63,343 bases of DNA, taken from the IMG/VR virus record IMGVR_UViG_3300027749_002909, positions 1-63,343 of that record. One strand, given 5' to 3'. The notes beneath the pieces were generated by a model, which did not search any database, was not told where the DNA came from, and was given only the letters and a program-made list of their open reading frames with translations. Numbering within the stretch: position 1 is the first letter of the stretch; each line of letters opens with the position of its first letter. Shown here piece by piece: positions 25,758-34,351 of this stretch. Source of the stretch: a virus. Its lineage: Duplodnaviria; Caudoviricetes. A program made the translations under genes and the position numbers.

Positions 25758-27148
25758 AATGGGTTCAATTGATTAACTTCTTGACATAATCTATAAAATC
25801 CCATATATTCTGGGAAAATAGCTAGCATATCAGTATCTCTACGTTCGTCTAATTCATTGAACCAGTTGTAGAAATCTTTACGTCCTTCAATCAATTTTTC
25901 TTCTGAGTAGTGAGTGGATTCCATATAATCAACTACACGTTTAAACTTTTCATATTCAACAGTGGTAAATTTATTACTAGCACTATCGTCTACGTTAGCT
26001 AGCATAAATGCTAATGCATCGTGCATATAGGACATGAATTCTTCTTTAGGAAGAATGTTCATGTCATACTGAATTGGATCACGTAAATAAGGGGTATCAA
26101 AGCGAACACGATGGCTCTTAATGTCATCATACCAACCATACTGCTCGCGCCACTCTAAAAACTTAGCTAAAAAATCTTTAAATGTTGTTACACTAAAAAT
26201 ATTAAATGTAATCATAAACGTGATTGGACTATTGGTTCTATTAAGATATGTATGAAAGTTTGTTTCCCACAATTCTAAATCTAATCCAGTGCGAATGTAT
26301 TCAGCTTTAGGGCCCCATGTATCTAAGCTAGTGAATAGTTTAAATGCACGTATTTTTCCGTCATCACATAACTGTTTTACGTTGTCACTTAGTTTCTCAA
26401 CTAGTGCTGTTTTGGTACCCAAATTACTGTTGATGTTTAGTTCTAACCAAGGCATAGGATCACTGTCAATTTCTTTCAATAGCTTCCATGTGCTAGTATG
26501 CATAGTAGGTTCACCACCTGTAACCCGCATGATATTTAAAGTTTTGCGTAGTTCAGGCCACCATTTCCAAAATGCTTCAACATAGGGATTTTCTTCTTCA
26601 CGTTGATATAGTTTCATCCAGTCAACATCACAACGATGGTTCTTTACTGTTGTTACAGGACCGTTGTTTTTGATTTCATTGTAAAAACTAGTACTATATT
26701 TTGGATGACAGTAACCACACTTGAAATTACATTCGTTGCCAAAGTTAATTTCTAAGTATTCGGGATTGATGTTCTGGTCCCAAGGGCCCTTAACAGTTTG
26801 CTCATATCGTTCTTCGGTGAAGATACTAGCATTCCGAATATGACGGTCACTGACATAGTCCGATCCCATTGCTTCAATATTCCAACAGTACTGACATCCT
26901 GTGGGCTTTTTACCCTCAAGCATTTCTTTACGTTCAAGTTTCTTGTGCATTGTGTTGTGCAATGCAGAAGGGTTATCGGCTAGTTCACTTAGGGGAATTT
27001 TGTGTGGTTTGGGGTGATAGCAACTATGTGTCTCGCCTGATTGCAAATACATAGTTACATGATGCCATTTAGCTAAACAGAATGAAGTTGTAGTTTCATT
27101 CTCAATTTTAATCTTAATGTCTTGAATTCTTTGGTGTTCACTACTCAT
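25754..27148 (-). CDS. Radical SAM enzyme with N-terminal Cys-rich domain
   Basis: FCLAKW...HSCYH...CQYC then CNFKCGYC and TGGEP; start taken at the TAATG-coupled ATG 27148. Confidence 0.9.
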   Translation of the reverse strand: MSSEHQRIQDIKIKIENETTTSFCLAKWHHVTMYLQSGETHSCYHPKPHKIPLSELADNPSALHNTMHKKLERKEMLEGKKPTGCQYCWNIEAMGSDYVSDRHIRNASIFTEERYEQTVKGPWDQNINPEYLEINFGNECNFKCGYCHPKYSTSFYNEIKNNGPVTTVKNHRCDVDWMKLYQREEENPYVEAFWKWWPELRKTLNIMRVTGGEPTMHTSTWKLLKEIDSDPMPWLELNINSNLGTKTALVEKLSDNVKQLCDDGKIRAFKLFTSLDTWGPKAEYIRTGLDLELWETNFHTYLNRTNSPITFMITFNIFSVTTFKDFLAKFLEWREQYGWYDDIKSHRVRFDTPYLRDPIQYDMNILPKEEFMSYMHDALAFMLANVDDSASNKFTTVEYEKFKRVVDYMESTHYSEEKLIEGRKDFYNWFNELDERRDTDMLAIFPEYMGFYRLCQEVNQLNPL

Positions 27149-28101
27149 TACCATCCTTCAATTCTGCGAATAACATCCATCTCTGTTACGAGCGGACCTA
27201 GATTATGTTTGTCAGTGTTGTAGTGACGTTTAAAAAACTTACTTTGTTCTTTTCCTAATGTACACATGGGCAATCCAAGTTTGTCGTGTAGTGCTGCACC
27301 TAATAGTGTTGCTTCACGTTCAGGATCTCTATGTTCTTGTTCTTCCCAAAGTGTAATATAGTTGTCAAACCATTGCACATTAGTATAGTCCCAACCAGTT
27401 AACATGGTCATGTATGTGCCTAATCGTGCGCCGTAAATAGCCCACATGCCATTCTCAACATCTGCCCCAACATTGTGCCAGATAGTTAAATTGTTTAAGT
27501 TGCGACTTGCGACAGTTTCTTTGAAAGTTTCTATATCAGGCTTTGCACCTTTGTCAAGAACCATTTTCACTCCTTCACGGAATCCAGCACGCCACGCTTG
27601 AAACGGGGTATAATTAGGATAAGTAGTAGAGTAACAATCATGCATTGCCCAGTATAAGTTATCTTTGCTATCCATGCAGAAATCAGCAATACGTGTTACA
27701 TCACCGTCTGTTTGATTTTCATGTGTTTTCATATTAGCAACATAAGTCTTTGTCCAACTGCTCATGCCACCATTGCCATAGCGCAGCCCGTTGATGCTGT
27801 TGATAGCTTTCCAACGATACTGTGCTAATTTAAATTTAGAATCTTTTTCAGTAAAATCTAATTGAAGGTTGAAGAAACTTTCTTCTGGCATGTTATCACC
27901 ATCAATCAGAATAAAGCGTTCAGTACTACTTAATTCTGCTGCTGCTTTGTGTGCAGCATCACTACCCTTAACACCGTCTACACGTTGCGCCCAAGGAACC
28001 ATGTTCTTTACTTTAAGCCAGAATTCTTCTTTTTGTGGCTCATCATAACTTAGGTAGATACAATCTAAGTCGGCCATATCAATGATATCACTGTAGTTCA
28101 T
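27148..28101 (-). CDS. GT-A fold glycosyltransferase-like protein
   Basis: DCIYLSYDEP, RVDGVKG, AHKAAA, DxD motif LIDGDN, YGNGG, AWRAGFREGVKM. Confidence 0.7.
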   Translation of the reverse strand: MNYSDIIDMADLDCIYLSYDEPQKEEFWLKVKNMVPWAQRVDGVKGSDAAHKAAAELSSTERFILIDGDNMPEESFFNLQLDFTEKDSKFKLAQYRWKAINSINGLRYGNGGMSSWTKTYVANMKTHENQTDGDVTRIADFCMDSKDNLYWAMHDCYSTTYPNYTPFQAWRAGFREGVKMVLDKGAKPDIETFKETVASRNLNNLTIWHNVGADVENGMWAIYGARLGTYMTMLTGWDYTNVQWFDNYITLWEEQEHRDPEREATLLGAALHDKLGLPMCTLGKEQSKFFKRHYNTDKHNLGPLVTEMDVIRRIEGW

Positions 28102-28435
28102 AAATGTTTAATTTCCATTTAGTATGAACATCTTGCTCGCCAACTATAATACTAATATCTTCAGGGTGACAACTAACACCTTCTTCATTGTCTGGCATTA
28201 GTTTATATACTACTGCATTTGGTTTGACTCTTGAAATCCTACCATCGATTACTCTTATATCAGGTCTAGCTTCAGCAAATGTTTGTGTATCAACAACAAT
28301 GTATTTGCCCTGCATAGATTTGTCGCCGGTATAACATATAACTGCGCCGCTGTCATCATAGTACAACCTAAATTCAGGTGTTTCTAATTTGGGTGCTTCC
28401 CAAACAACTACATAATCTTCTTCGTTCGTACTCAT
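28088..28435 (-). CDS. Hypothetical protein
   Basis: 115 aa, overlaps both neighbours in the operon. Confidence 0.75.
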   Translation of the reverse strand: MSTNEEDYVVVWEAPKLETPEFRLYYDDSGAVICYTGDKSMQGKYIVVDTQTFAEARPDIRVIDGRISRVKPNAVVYKLMPDNEEGVSCHPEDISIIVGEQDVHTKWKLNIYELQ

Positions 28436-29187
28436 ACTATTATTTTATCACAAAAATTTTTCACATGATAGTGAAATGGATACTGCTGCGGAACTGTTTG
28501 AATTCTAATGTGATCTGGCAAACATTCATATACAAACGTATCTGTCCAGTTTTCTGTAGGATTACCATTAATAAAAGATTTCATATGAACCATACTCATC
28601 TCTGTAAACTTAGGCAGTGTAGTTTTATCTATGCCTATTATATGGCAAGCTATAGAATATGCCCAATCAGTGGTTGCAATTTCTTGAGGATTACATTTTA
28701 GTATGGCCTTGTATTCTGCCCAATTTTCAAACACATCTCTAACTATCTCAAAGAACTTTTCCGCAGTAGCTGACTTCTTAAAATAAGTTATGGAATTGTA
28801 CACATCAGGCAACTTGTTGTCAACTATGAATCTGCGATAGAATCTTACGTCCGATATTTCTTGGTTGAAGTTTCTGATTGTGCTTGATACTACTACATCT
28901 CGGTCTTTAAATACATCCCACCAATGATCTATATTGCGCGGTATGTACATATCTGCTTCTAATTTAATAGTATACTCGTATGGACTAGCTTCATATACTT
29001 GCCAATCGTTGATTAGTTTCCATTCACTATCAGGTGCTAAGTCACCATGAGGTAACATGTCGGTTGTGATAATAGTTACATTGGCATCAGGCATGACTCT
29101 TAATATGCTTTTACGTAATGTTTCTGCACATTTAGTATAACTGGTTTTCTCAGTATCCTGAGCCATTATAACGAAACCTTTATTCAT
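28432..29187 (-). CDS. Glycosyltransferase-like protein (GT8-like)
   Basis: SPYEYTIKLEADM (ExD variant), TTDWAYSIA, HMKS; paralog of 29180..29989. Confidence 0.6.
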   Translation of the reverse strand: MNKGFVIMAQDTEKTSYTKCAETLRKSILRVMPDANVTIITTDMLPHGDLAPDSEWKLINDWQVYEASPYEYTIKLEADMYIPRNIDHWWDVFKDRDVVVSSTIRNFNQEISDVRFYRRFIVDNKLPDVYNSITYFKKSATAEKFFEIVRDVFENWAEYKAILKCNPQEIATTDWAYSIACHIIGIDKTTLPKFTEMSMVHMKSFINGNPTENWTDTFVYECLPDHIRIQTVPQQYPFHYHVKNFCDKIIV

Positions 29188-29989
29188 AGTTAATCAACTC
29201 CATGAAGTTGTCTTTGTCCATCATATGAAAGTCCATATCTTTTATAATAGTATATTCTTTACGAATTTTGCCGCGCTGCCAGTTATCAAACATTACAGTG
29301 TATTCAGTGTTAAAATCATTGTCATTATTTCTATATACTGTAGTATTTTTACCTACATGTACCAAGTTCCATGGTATAATATCTGATTTGGGTGTAGTAT
29401 GACCATTGACAATTCTTGTAGCCAATGTTAATGCATAATCATTACGAAAAGTTGCAGATATAAATCCATATATATTAGCATAGTGTTGAAAATTATTTTG
29501 AATCATTTCTAAACACTCAAATATTTGTTTTGCTCTTTGTGTTTTTTTAAATGTAATTGCTGTAGCCCACAATGTGTTGAAACTGTATGCACTTAATACT
29601 TCTTGTGGTACATTTGAATGCATCAAAAAACTAGTAGTGTCATGGCAGCAAAAATCAGTAGGCATGTTAAATGTAGTTAGCAATTTATCTGAGTTTACCA
29701 TATAGTCAGTGTCTAGCAATAATGTTTCATCATAAGGACTGAATTGGTATGCACGGAATCTTCCTTTATTAATCCAAATGCCCCAGTCTCTTCGGTTGTT
29801 CTTGTCAGCCGGAGCCAATACAACATTATCAAATTTATAAGGTTGATAAACCGGAAGAGATTCACTATCTGTTACAATTGTAACAGGTATATCCAAAAAA
29901 TGATTGATGCGTTTGGCAGTTGCCACTGCCATATCATAGTAATTAAATTTGGGACTATTAAATGCGAAAAGTAATGCCCCTCTACTCAT
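29180..29989 (-). CDS. Glycosyltransferase-like protein (GT8-like)
   Basis: SPYDETLLLDTDY DxD motif, FRNDYA, HMMDK. Confidence 0.65.
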   Translation of the reverse strand: MSRGALLFAFNSPKFNYYDMAVATAKRINHFLDIPVTIVTDSESLPVYQPYKFDNVVLAPADKNNRRDWGIWINKGRFRAYQFSPYDETLLLDTDYMVNSDKLLTTFNMPTDFCCHDTTSFLMHSNVPQEVLSAYSFNTLWATAITFKKTQRAKQIFECLEMIQNNFQHYANIYGFISATFRNDYALTLATRIVNGHTTPKSDIIPWNLVHVGKNTTVYRNNDNDFNTEYTVMFDNWQRGKIRKEYTIIKDMDFHMMDKDNFMELINYE

Positions 29990-30294
29990 CTTTTAGTCTC
30001 TAGTTCTTTCCATTCTTTGTGCCATGCAAGCATAACAGATTCGTATGTTGTGGTTAAGATTTTTAATAGTTTTTCTCTGTCAACCATAACTGGATTATCA
30101 AAGGTATCAATTAATACAACAAACTCACTATCAGATAGTGCCGAAAGTAAAGAGATTGTTTGCGAGTCTGCACGCCAAAGGCCAGACTGATCAGCTACGA
30201 TAAATTTGCTATCATATTTGTCTTTTAAATATGATTTGGCTGAATTGTGATTGAAGCGGGCTTTGGCTTCGGTGATTAATGTCTTTGTATCCAT
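29986..30294 (-). CDS. Hypothetical protein
   Basis: Start moved to MDTK (30294) with AGGAG RBS and CTAAATA at 30312-30318. Confidence 0.75.
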   Translation of the reverse strand: MDTKTLITEAKARFNHNSAKSYLKDKYDSKFIVADQSGLWRADSQTISLLSALSDSEFVVLIDTFDNPVMVDREKLLKILTTTYESVMLAWHKEWKELETKR

Positions 30295-30343
30295 GTGTAC
30301 TCCTATCAATCTATTTAGATAGATATGAAGGCTATGAGAAAAA

Positions 30344-31297
30344 TTATGAACCTGATACTGTTCCGGTTACGCTAAGTGTGCCCCAACTATTAGCCAAATA
30401 TGTTGTTTCGGGAGCCTGCACAGTGACTGCGGTCGTAGTACCTGTACCTACAGTATATCCGTTGGGTATTTCATCCCAAGTAGTATATATAGTAATAACA
30501 CTACCCGCATCACCATTTGATCCTTGAGTGCCATTACTTTTAGCTATCATATTAATATTAGTAGCTAGATAATATGCAGGCCCAGTAGTTGCTGCTTGTG
30601 AAAATACATTTGCATTGCTTGTGGTCATTGCAAAGTATCCTAAATTAGTGCCAATAGTCGGTGTGGCTCCACCTCCGCCTATTTTAGTTATACCGTTAAA
30701 TGAAGTGCTAGCAATTGTAATTGAACCACTTGACGGTGAACTCATTGCTACTGTACCTACATTACTTGCTAAATTATTCAGCAATAAATTAATACCAGCT
30801 GTATTATTAGCATGTGAGCATGTGACTTTTAATTGACCGCCTGAATTAAAGAAATATCTGGCTGCATCTCCATTTGCAAAAGTTACAGTATGTATAAAAA
30901 CTAATGCGTTAGCCCAAGTAGAACTATATGTTGCTGCATTAGAAATACTACTTCCTTGAGTGGCTGCATTTAATCTACTGCCATATATAGTTGTTAAGTT
31001 ATTGGGGATAGCCGAAATATATTCAATATTCCCGCCAACAACGGGTGCAACTACACTTGTGATACTAGTACCTTGATGTGATGCTGAATTTGATGTTTTG
31101 TTAACCAAGTTAGCCCAATCAGTAGCATACACTGTGTTACCCGTTGCTACATTTGCTAATGCAGTCTGACCATATCCGGCAGTAGTACCACCAGTTGCCC
31201 ATACAGTGTTCAGTGCACCAGATGATGTGATTGGATTACCACCTACTAGGGTGTTATAATCTAATGCTTGAATATTTCCGTATAATGCGTATGTCAT
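30344..31297 (-). CDS. Virion structural/fibre-associated protein, paralog A
   Basis: Thr/Asn/Gly-rich; GYGQ and ARYFFNSGGQL motifs; ATAAATA upstream. Confidence 0.7.
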   Translation of the reverse strand: MTYALYGNIQALDYNTLVGGNPITSSGALNTVWATGGTTAGYGQTALANVATGNTVYATDWANLVNKTSNSASHQGTSITSVVAPVVGGNIEYISAIPNNLTTIYGSRLNAATQGSSISNAATYSSTWANALVFIHTVTFANGDAARYFFNSGGQLKVTCSHANNTAGINLLLNNLASNVGTVAMSSPSSGSITIASTSFNGITKIGGGGATPTIGTNLGYFAMTTSNANVFSQAATTGPAYYLATNINMIAKSNGTQGSNGDAGSVITIYTTWDEIPNGYTVGTGTTTAVTVQAPETTYLANSWGTLSVTGTVSGS

Positions 31298-31325
31298 AAA
31301 ATTCTCGTTGTACTATTTATTAAAA

Positions 31326-32282
31326 TTACGAACCTAATGCTGTGCCGGTTATAGAAATTGTTCCCCAGCTATTAGCTAGATAGGTTATTTCTGGTGCTTG
31401 AGCAGTAACTGTAGTTGCAGATCCGGTGCCCACTGTTAATCCGTCGGGTACTTCGTCCCATACTGTATAAAGAGTTATAACTGAACCGGCATCGCCATTT
31501 GATCCTTGAGTACCATTACTTTTAGCTATCACACGAATGAATGTTGATAAATATCCACTTGGCCCAGTTGAAGCAAGTTGTGTAAACACATTTGCATTTG
31601 ATACTGTCATTGCAAAGTATCCTGAATTAGTGCTAATTGTAGGGGCGGTGCCACCTCCGCCTACTTTTGTTATTCCATTGTATGATATAGCTGCAATCGT
31701 TGCTGTTCCTGAATTAGGTGCACTTAAAACGACAGTACCAATATTACTTGCTAAATTGTTAAACAACAAATTAATGCCGGCCGTACTGTTAGGATTGCTA
31801 CATGTAAGTTTTAATTGACCGCCTGAATTAAAGAAATATCTGGCTGCATCTCCATTTGCAAAAGTTACGGTATGAGTAAATGTCAATGAATTAGACCAAG
31901 TACTAGCATATGTTGCTGTATTTGCAACCGTAGAACCTTGAGTAGCAGCATTTAGTCTAGGGGCATATATAGTTGTTAAATTTGTAGGTATTGCAGATAG
32001 GTAACTAACTGTTCCACCTGTAACAGGTGCAGTAACGCTGGTTATAGTAGTACCCTGGTGTGACGCACAATTAGCGGTATAAGTTACTAAATTTGCCCAT
32101 TGAGTCAGTGCAGCAATAGTATTGCCTGCTGCCACATTAGCTACCGCAGTTTGACCATATCCTGCAGTTGTCCCGCCGGTTGCCCACACTGTATTCAGAG
32201 TCCCGGAAGATGTGTTGGGATTTCCGCCAACCAATGTGTTAAAATCTAAAGCTGCTATTGTTCCGTATTGTGCGTAAGTCAT
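31326..32282 (-). CDS. Virion structural/fibre-associated protein, paralog B
   Basis: Colinear and highly similar to 30344..31297. Confidence 0.7.
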   Translation of the reverse strand: MTYAQYGTIAALDFNTLVGGNPNTSSGTLNTVWATGGTTAGYGQTAVANVAAGNTIAALTQWANLVTYTANCASHQGTTITSVTAPVTGGTVSYLSAIPTNLTTIYAPRLNAATQGSTVANTATYASTWSNSLTFTHTVTFANGDAARYFFNSGGQLKLTCSNPNSTAGINLLFNNLASNIGTVVLSAPNSGTATIAAISYNGITKVGGGGTAPTISTNSGYFAMTVSNANVFTQLASTGPSGYLSTFIRVIAKSNGTQGSNGDAGSVITLYTVWDEVPDGLTVGTGSATTVTAQAPEITYLANSWGTISITGTALGS

Positions 32283-32291
32283 GCGATACCT

Positions 32292-33539
32292 TTAATTTGA
32301 TACTGAGACAGTTGCCAATACAGTACCAACGCAACTATCAACTTTATTTGCTAATGCACGTCCAATTACGTTGAACGCAGTTGCTTCACCTGCTTTAGCA
32401 GCCCGCGCTATACCATTACCTGCACTGACTAGACGATCACCTTTCTTAACTATACCAGTGACTTTAACTTGAACTCTACCGGTCATAGCTACAGGAGGAT
32501 GAGTAGAGTCAGTTCCTGCACCTGAATTCATCAAATAAGCAGCAGTATCAGATATAACTCCAAAGATATCTTCACTTAATTCGTATTTGGCACTGGTGAT
32601 TTCTTTCTCTCCGCCTAATTCTACAACAGTACCTGCGTCATAATATGCATCTGCTTCAAATCGTTCAGCCAAGTCAGCATAAGTTGCTAGCAATCTACTG
32701 CCAGATGTTAATGTCCAATTACCAGTTAAACTACCTGAAGTAGAATTTGCACCAGTCGTGATATTTGCCGTTGTAACGCTTGCAGGAGCAATACTTCCGG
32801 TAAACTGAGGAACTGCATTTGATCCAGTTAAGTAGTCATACACGTTACCGTTATTATATGTACCAGCAAAACTAATTGGATTGCCATTTGCATACATATA
32901 TCTGTCAGTTTTAATACCATACGTATTACCAGCATTATTGATAACAATGTTACCTGAATTCATGTACACACCAGTTCCTGCAACAGAATTTGCAGTTCCT
33001 GTACCATTAAGAGTCCAAGTACCAGTTAAATTACCTGATGTACCGGCTGCGCCTGTTGTGATTTCTGCTGTGTTTAATGTTCCAATATTACCAGTTGTAA
33101 CATTAGCATTTGCTATTGATGCATTGGCAGTGACAGTTGCTAGCCGAACAGTTATAGTATCTGCTGTAATACCATTAGTAATGGTTTGATTATTTGCAGT
33201 CAGATTACCAGTAATTGTTACAGCACCAAATGTTGTTGTACCACCACTAGAAGTTGAGGTCAATGCTAACCAAGCATTTGCATTACTAGTTCCGTCAGCA
33301 GGACAGACATACATGGTATTAGAATTAGTGTTATACCAAAGCTGTCCCTGTAATGGATTAGCAGGGGGGCTAGTATTAGCGTAGCTTTCCAGTTGATGCA
33401 CAAAGTTAGTATCTAAATAAGAACCGTAGCCAGCATAGTTTCTGCCCGGTAGTGCTAGTGAAGTACTAGTTGTATTAATAGTACCGTCAGCAATGGTCGT
33501 TAATACTTGACCATTAGTTTTTACAATTGTGTATGCCAT
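32292..33539 (-). CDS. Fibre-like protein with C-terminal intramolecular-chaperone/autocleavage-like domain
   Basis: N-terminal PGRNYAGYG...PANPLQGQLWY; beta-rich TGN repeats; C-terminal YADLAERF...GTVV...GVIS...PVAMTGRVQVKVTGIVKKGDRLVS. Confidence 0.7.
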   Translation of the reverse strand: MAYTIVKTNGQVLTTIADGTINTTSTSLALPGRNYAGYGSYLDTNFVHQLESYANTSPPANPLQGQLWYNTNSNTMYVCPADGTSNANAWLALTSTSSGGTTTFGAVTITGNLTANNQTITNGITADTITVRLATVTANASIANANVTTGNIGTLNTAEITTGAAGTSGNLTGTWTLNGTGTANSVAGTGVYMNSGNIVINNAGNTYGIKTDRYMYANGNPISFAGTYNNGNVYDYLTGSNAVPQFTGSIAPASVTTANITTGANSTSGSLTGNWTLTSGSRLLATYADLAERFEADAYYDAGTVVELGGEKEITSAKYELSEDIFGVISDTAAYLMNSGAGTDSTHPPVAMTGRVQVKVTGIVKKGDRLVSAGNGIARAAKAGEATAFNVIGRALANKVDSCVGTVLATVSVSN

Positions 33540-33570
33540 TTTGAAATTACTCCGATATCTGTTATTTATC

Positions 33571-34191
33571 TTAAATTGTTACTAAGTTAGTCAGACTTTG
33601 AATCCTAACTGTGTAATCTATTTGAATCTGTCTATTTAAACTCTTTTGAACCGGGTGAAATATCACATGGGTCAATAATCTGGTAATAATATTACCATTA
33701 ACATCTGCACCATAATTAGCAAGAAGTCCTAATTCATCAAAGATATAAGAACTATCTGTTTGGGTACTATTGTCAAATGCTGCTTGCCCTGAAGGTTCGC
33801 CGTAATCTAGCAAACATTGCACTAAAATATCAGTATAAACTTTACCAGTAGTATGATTTACTGTCATTTTATTGCGGGTAGGATCTAAATTGAAAACACT
33901 TGTGTCATCTACGATTTTTGCGTAAGTTTGATTGTAAAGTGCTGCATTTTGTCCGGTTACGTTTGGGGGTAGATAAGTGATAACCCCGGTATCCGAGACA
34001 CTTGCGCCGCCATTACCAAACGCCATTTGGTATATTTCCCCATACCCTCGGCTACTTAGTGTGTCAGCAATAGCTTCTGACATGGTTTCATAGTTTATAG
34101 CGTTTTTCTTATCTACAAATATTTCCCCGTTATTAGGATCATAGATTTTGATAAATCCTTCTATTTTATATGATAGTGTTATTACTGACAT
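33571..34191 (-). CDS. Virion structural protein, baseplate/fibre-attachment-like
   Basis: KNAI, MAFGNGG, LDYGEP, FDELGL, LTHVIFHPVQKS; position between wedge and fibre genes. Confidence 0.6.
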   Translation of the reverse strand: MSVITLSYKIEGFIKIYDPNNGEIFVDKKNAINYETMSEAIADTLSSRGYGEIYQMAFGNGGASVSDTGVITYLPPNVTGQNAALYNQTYAKIVDDTSVFNLDPTRNKMTVNHTTGKVYTDILVQCLLDYGEPSGQAAFDNSTQTDSSYIFDELGLLANYGADVNGNIITRLLTHVIFHPVQKSLNRQIQIDYTVRIQSLTNLVTI

Positions 34192-34337
34192 TAATTATCG
34201 CCTCGCATTTGTATCAAAACTTCATTGGTTTCTGGGTCTGTTATCTTTAAACTGGAAGAAAAATAGAAGCCACCTAATTCATTGGGTTTGGCCGCTGGCT
34301 TCTCGGGTGTTTTGTTTTCTTCTAGTTTTTCATTCAT
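34191..34337 (-). CDS. 48-aa protein (not in ORF track)
   Basis: MNEKLEENKTPEKPAAKPNELGGFYFSSSLKITDPETNEVLIQMRGDN*; 5 nt after GATAAATA and TAATG-coupled to the next gene. Confidence 0.75.
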   Translation of the reverse strand: MNEKLEENKTPEKPAAKPNELGGFYFSSSLKITDPETNEVLIQMRGDN

Positions 34338-34351
34338 ATACTTATTTATCT

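Noticed and set aside
6824-30294. Bacterial chromosomal polysaccharide locus or host contamination
   Set aside because: No flippase, polymerase or export genes; contiguous, co-oriented and sharing promoter motifs with the phage baseplate genes
30344-32282. Diversity-generating retroelement template/variable repeat pair
   Set aside because: Both copies are full genes, differences are not visibly adenine-specific, and no reverse transcriptase is in the window
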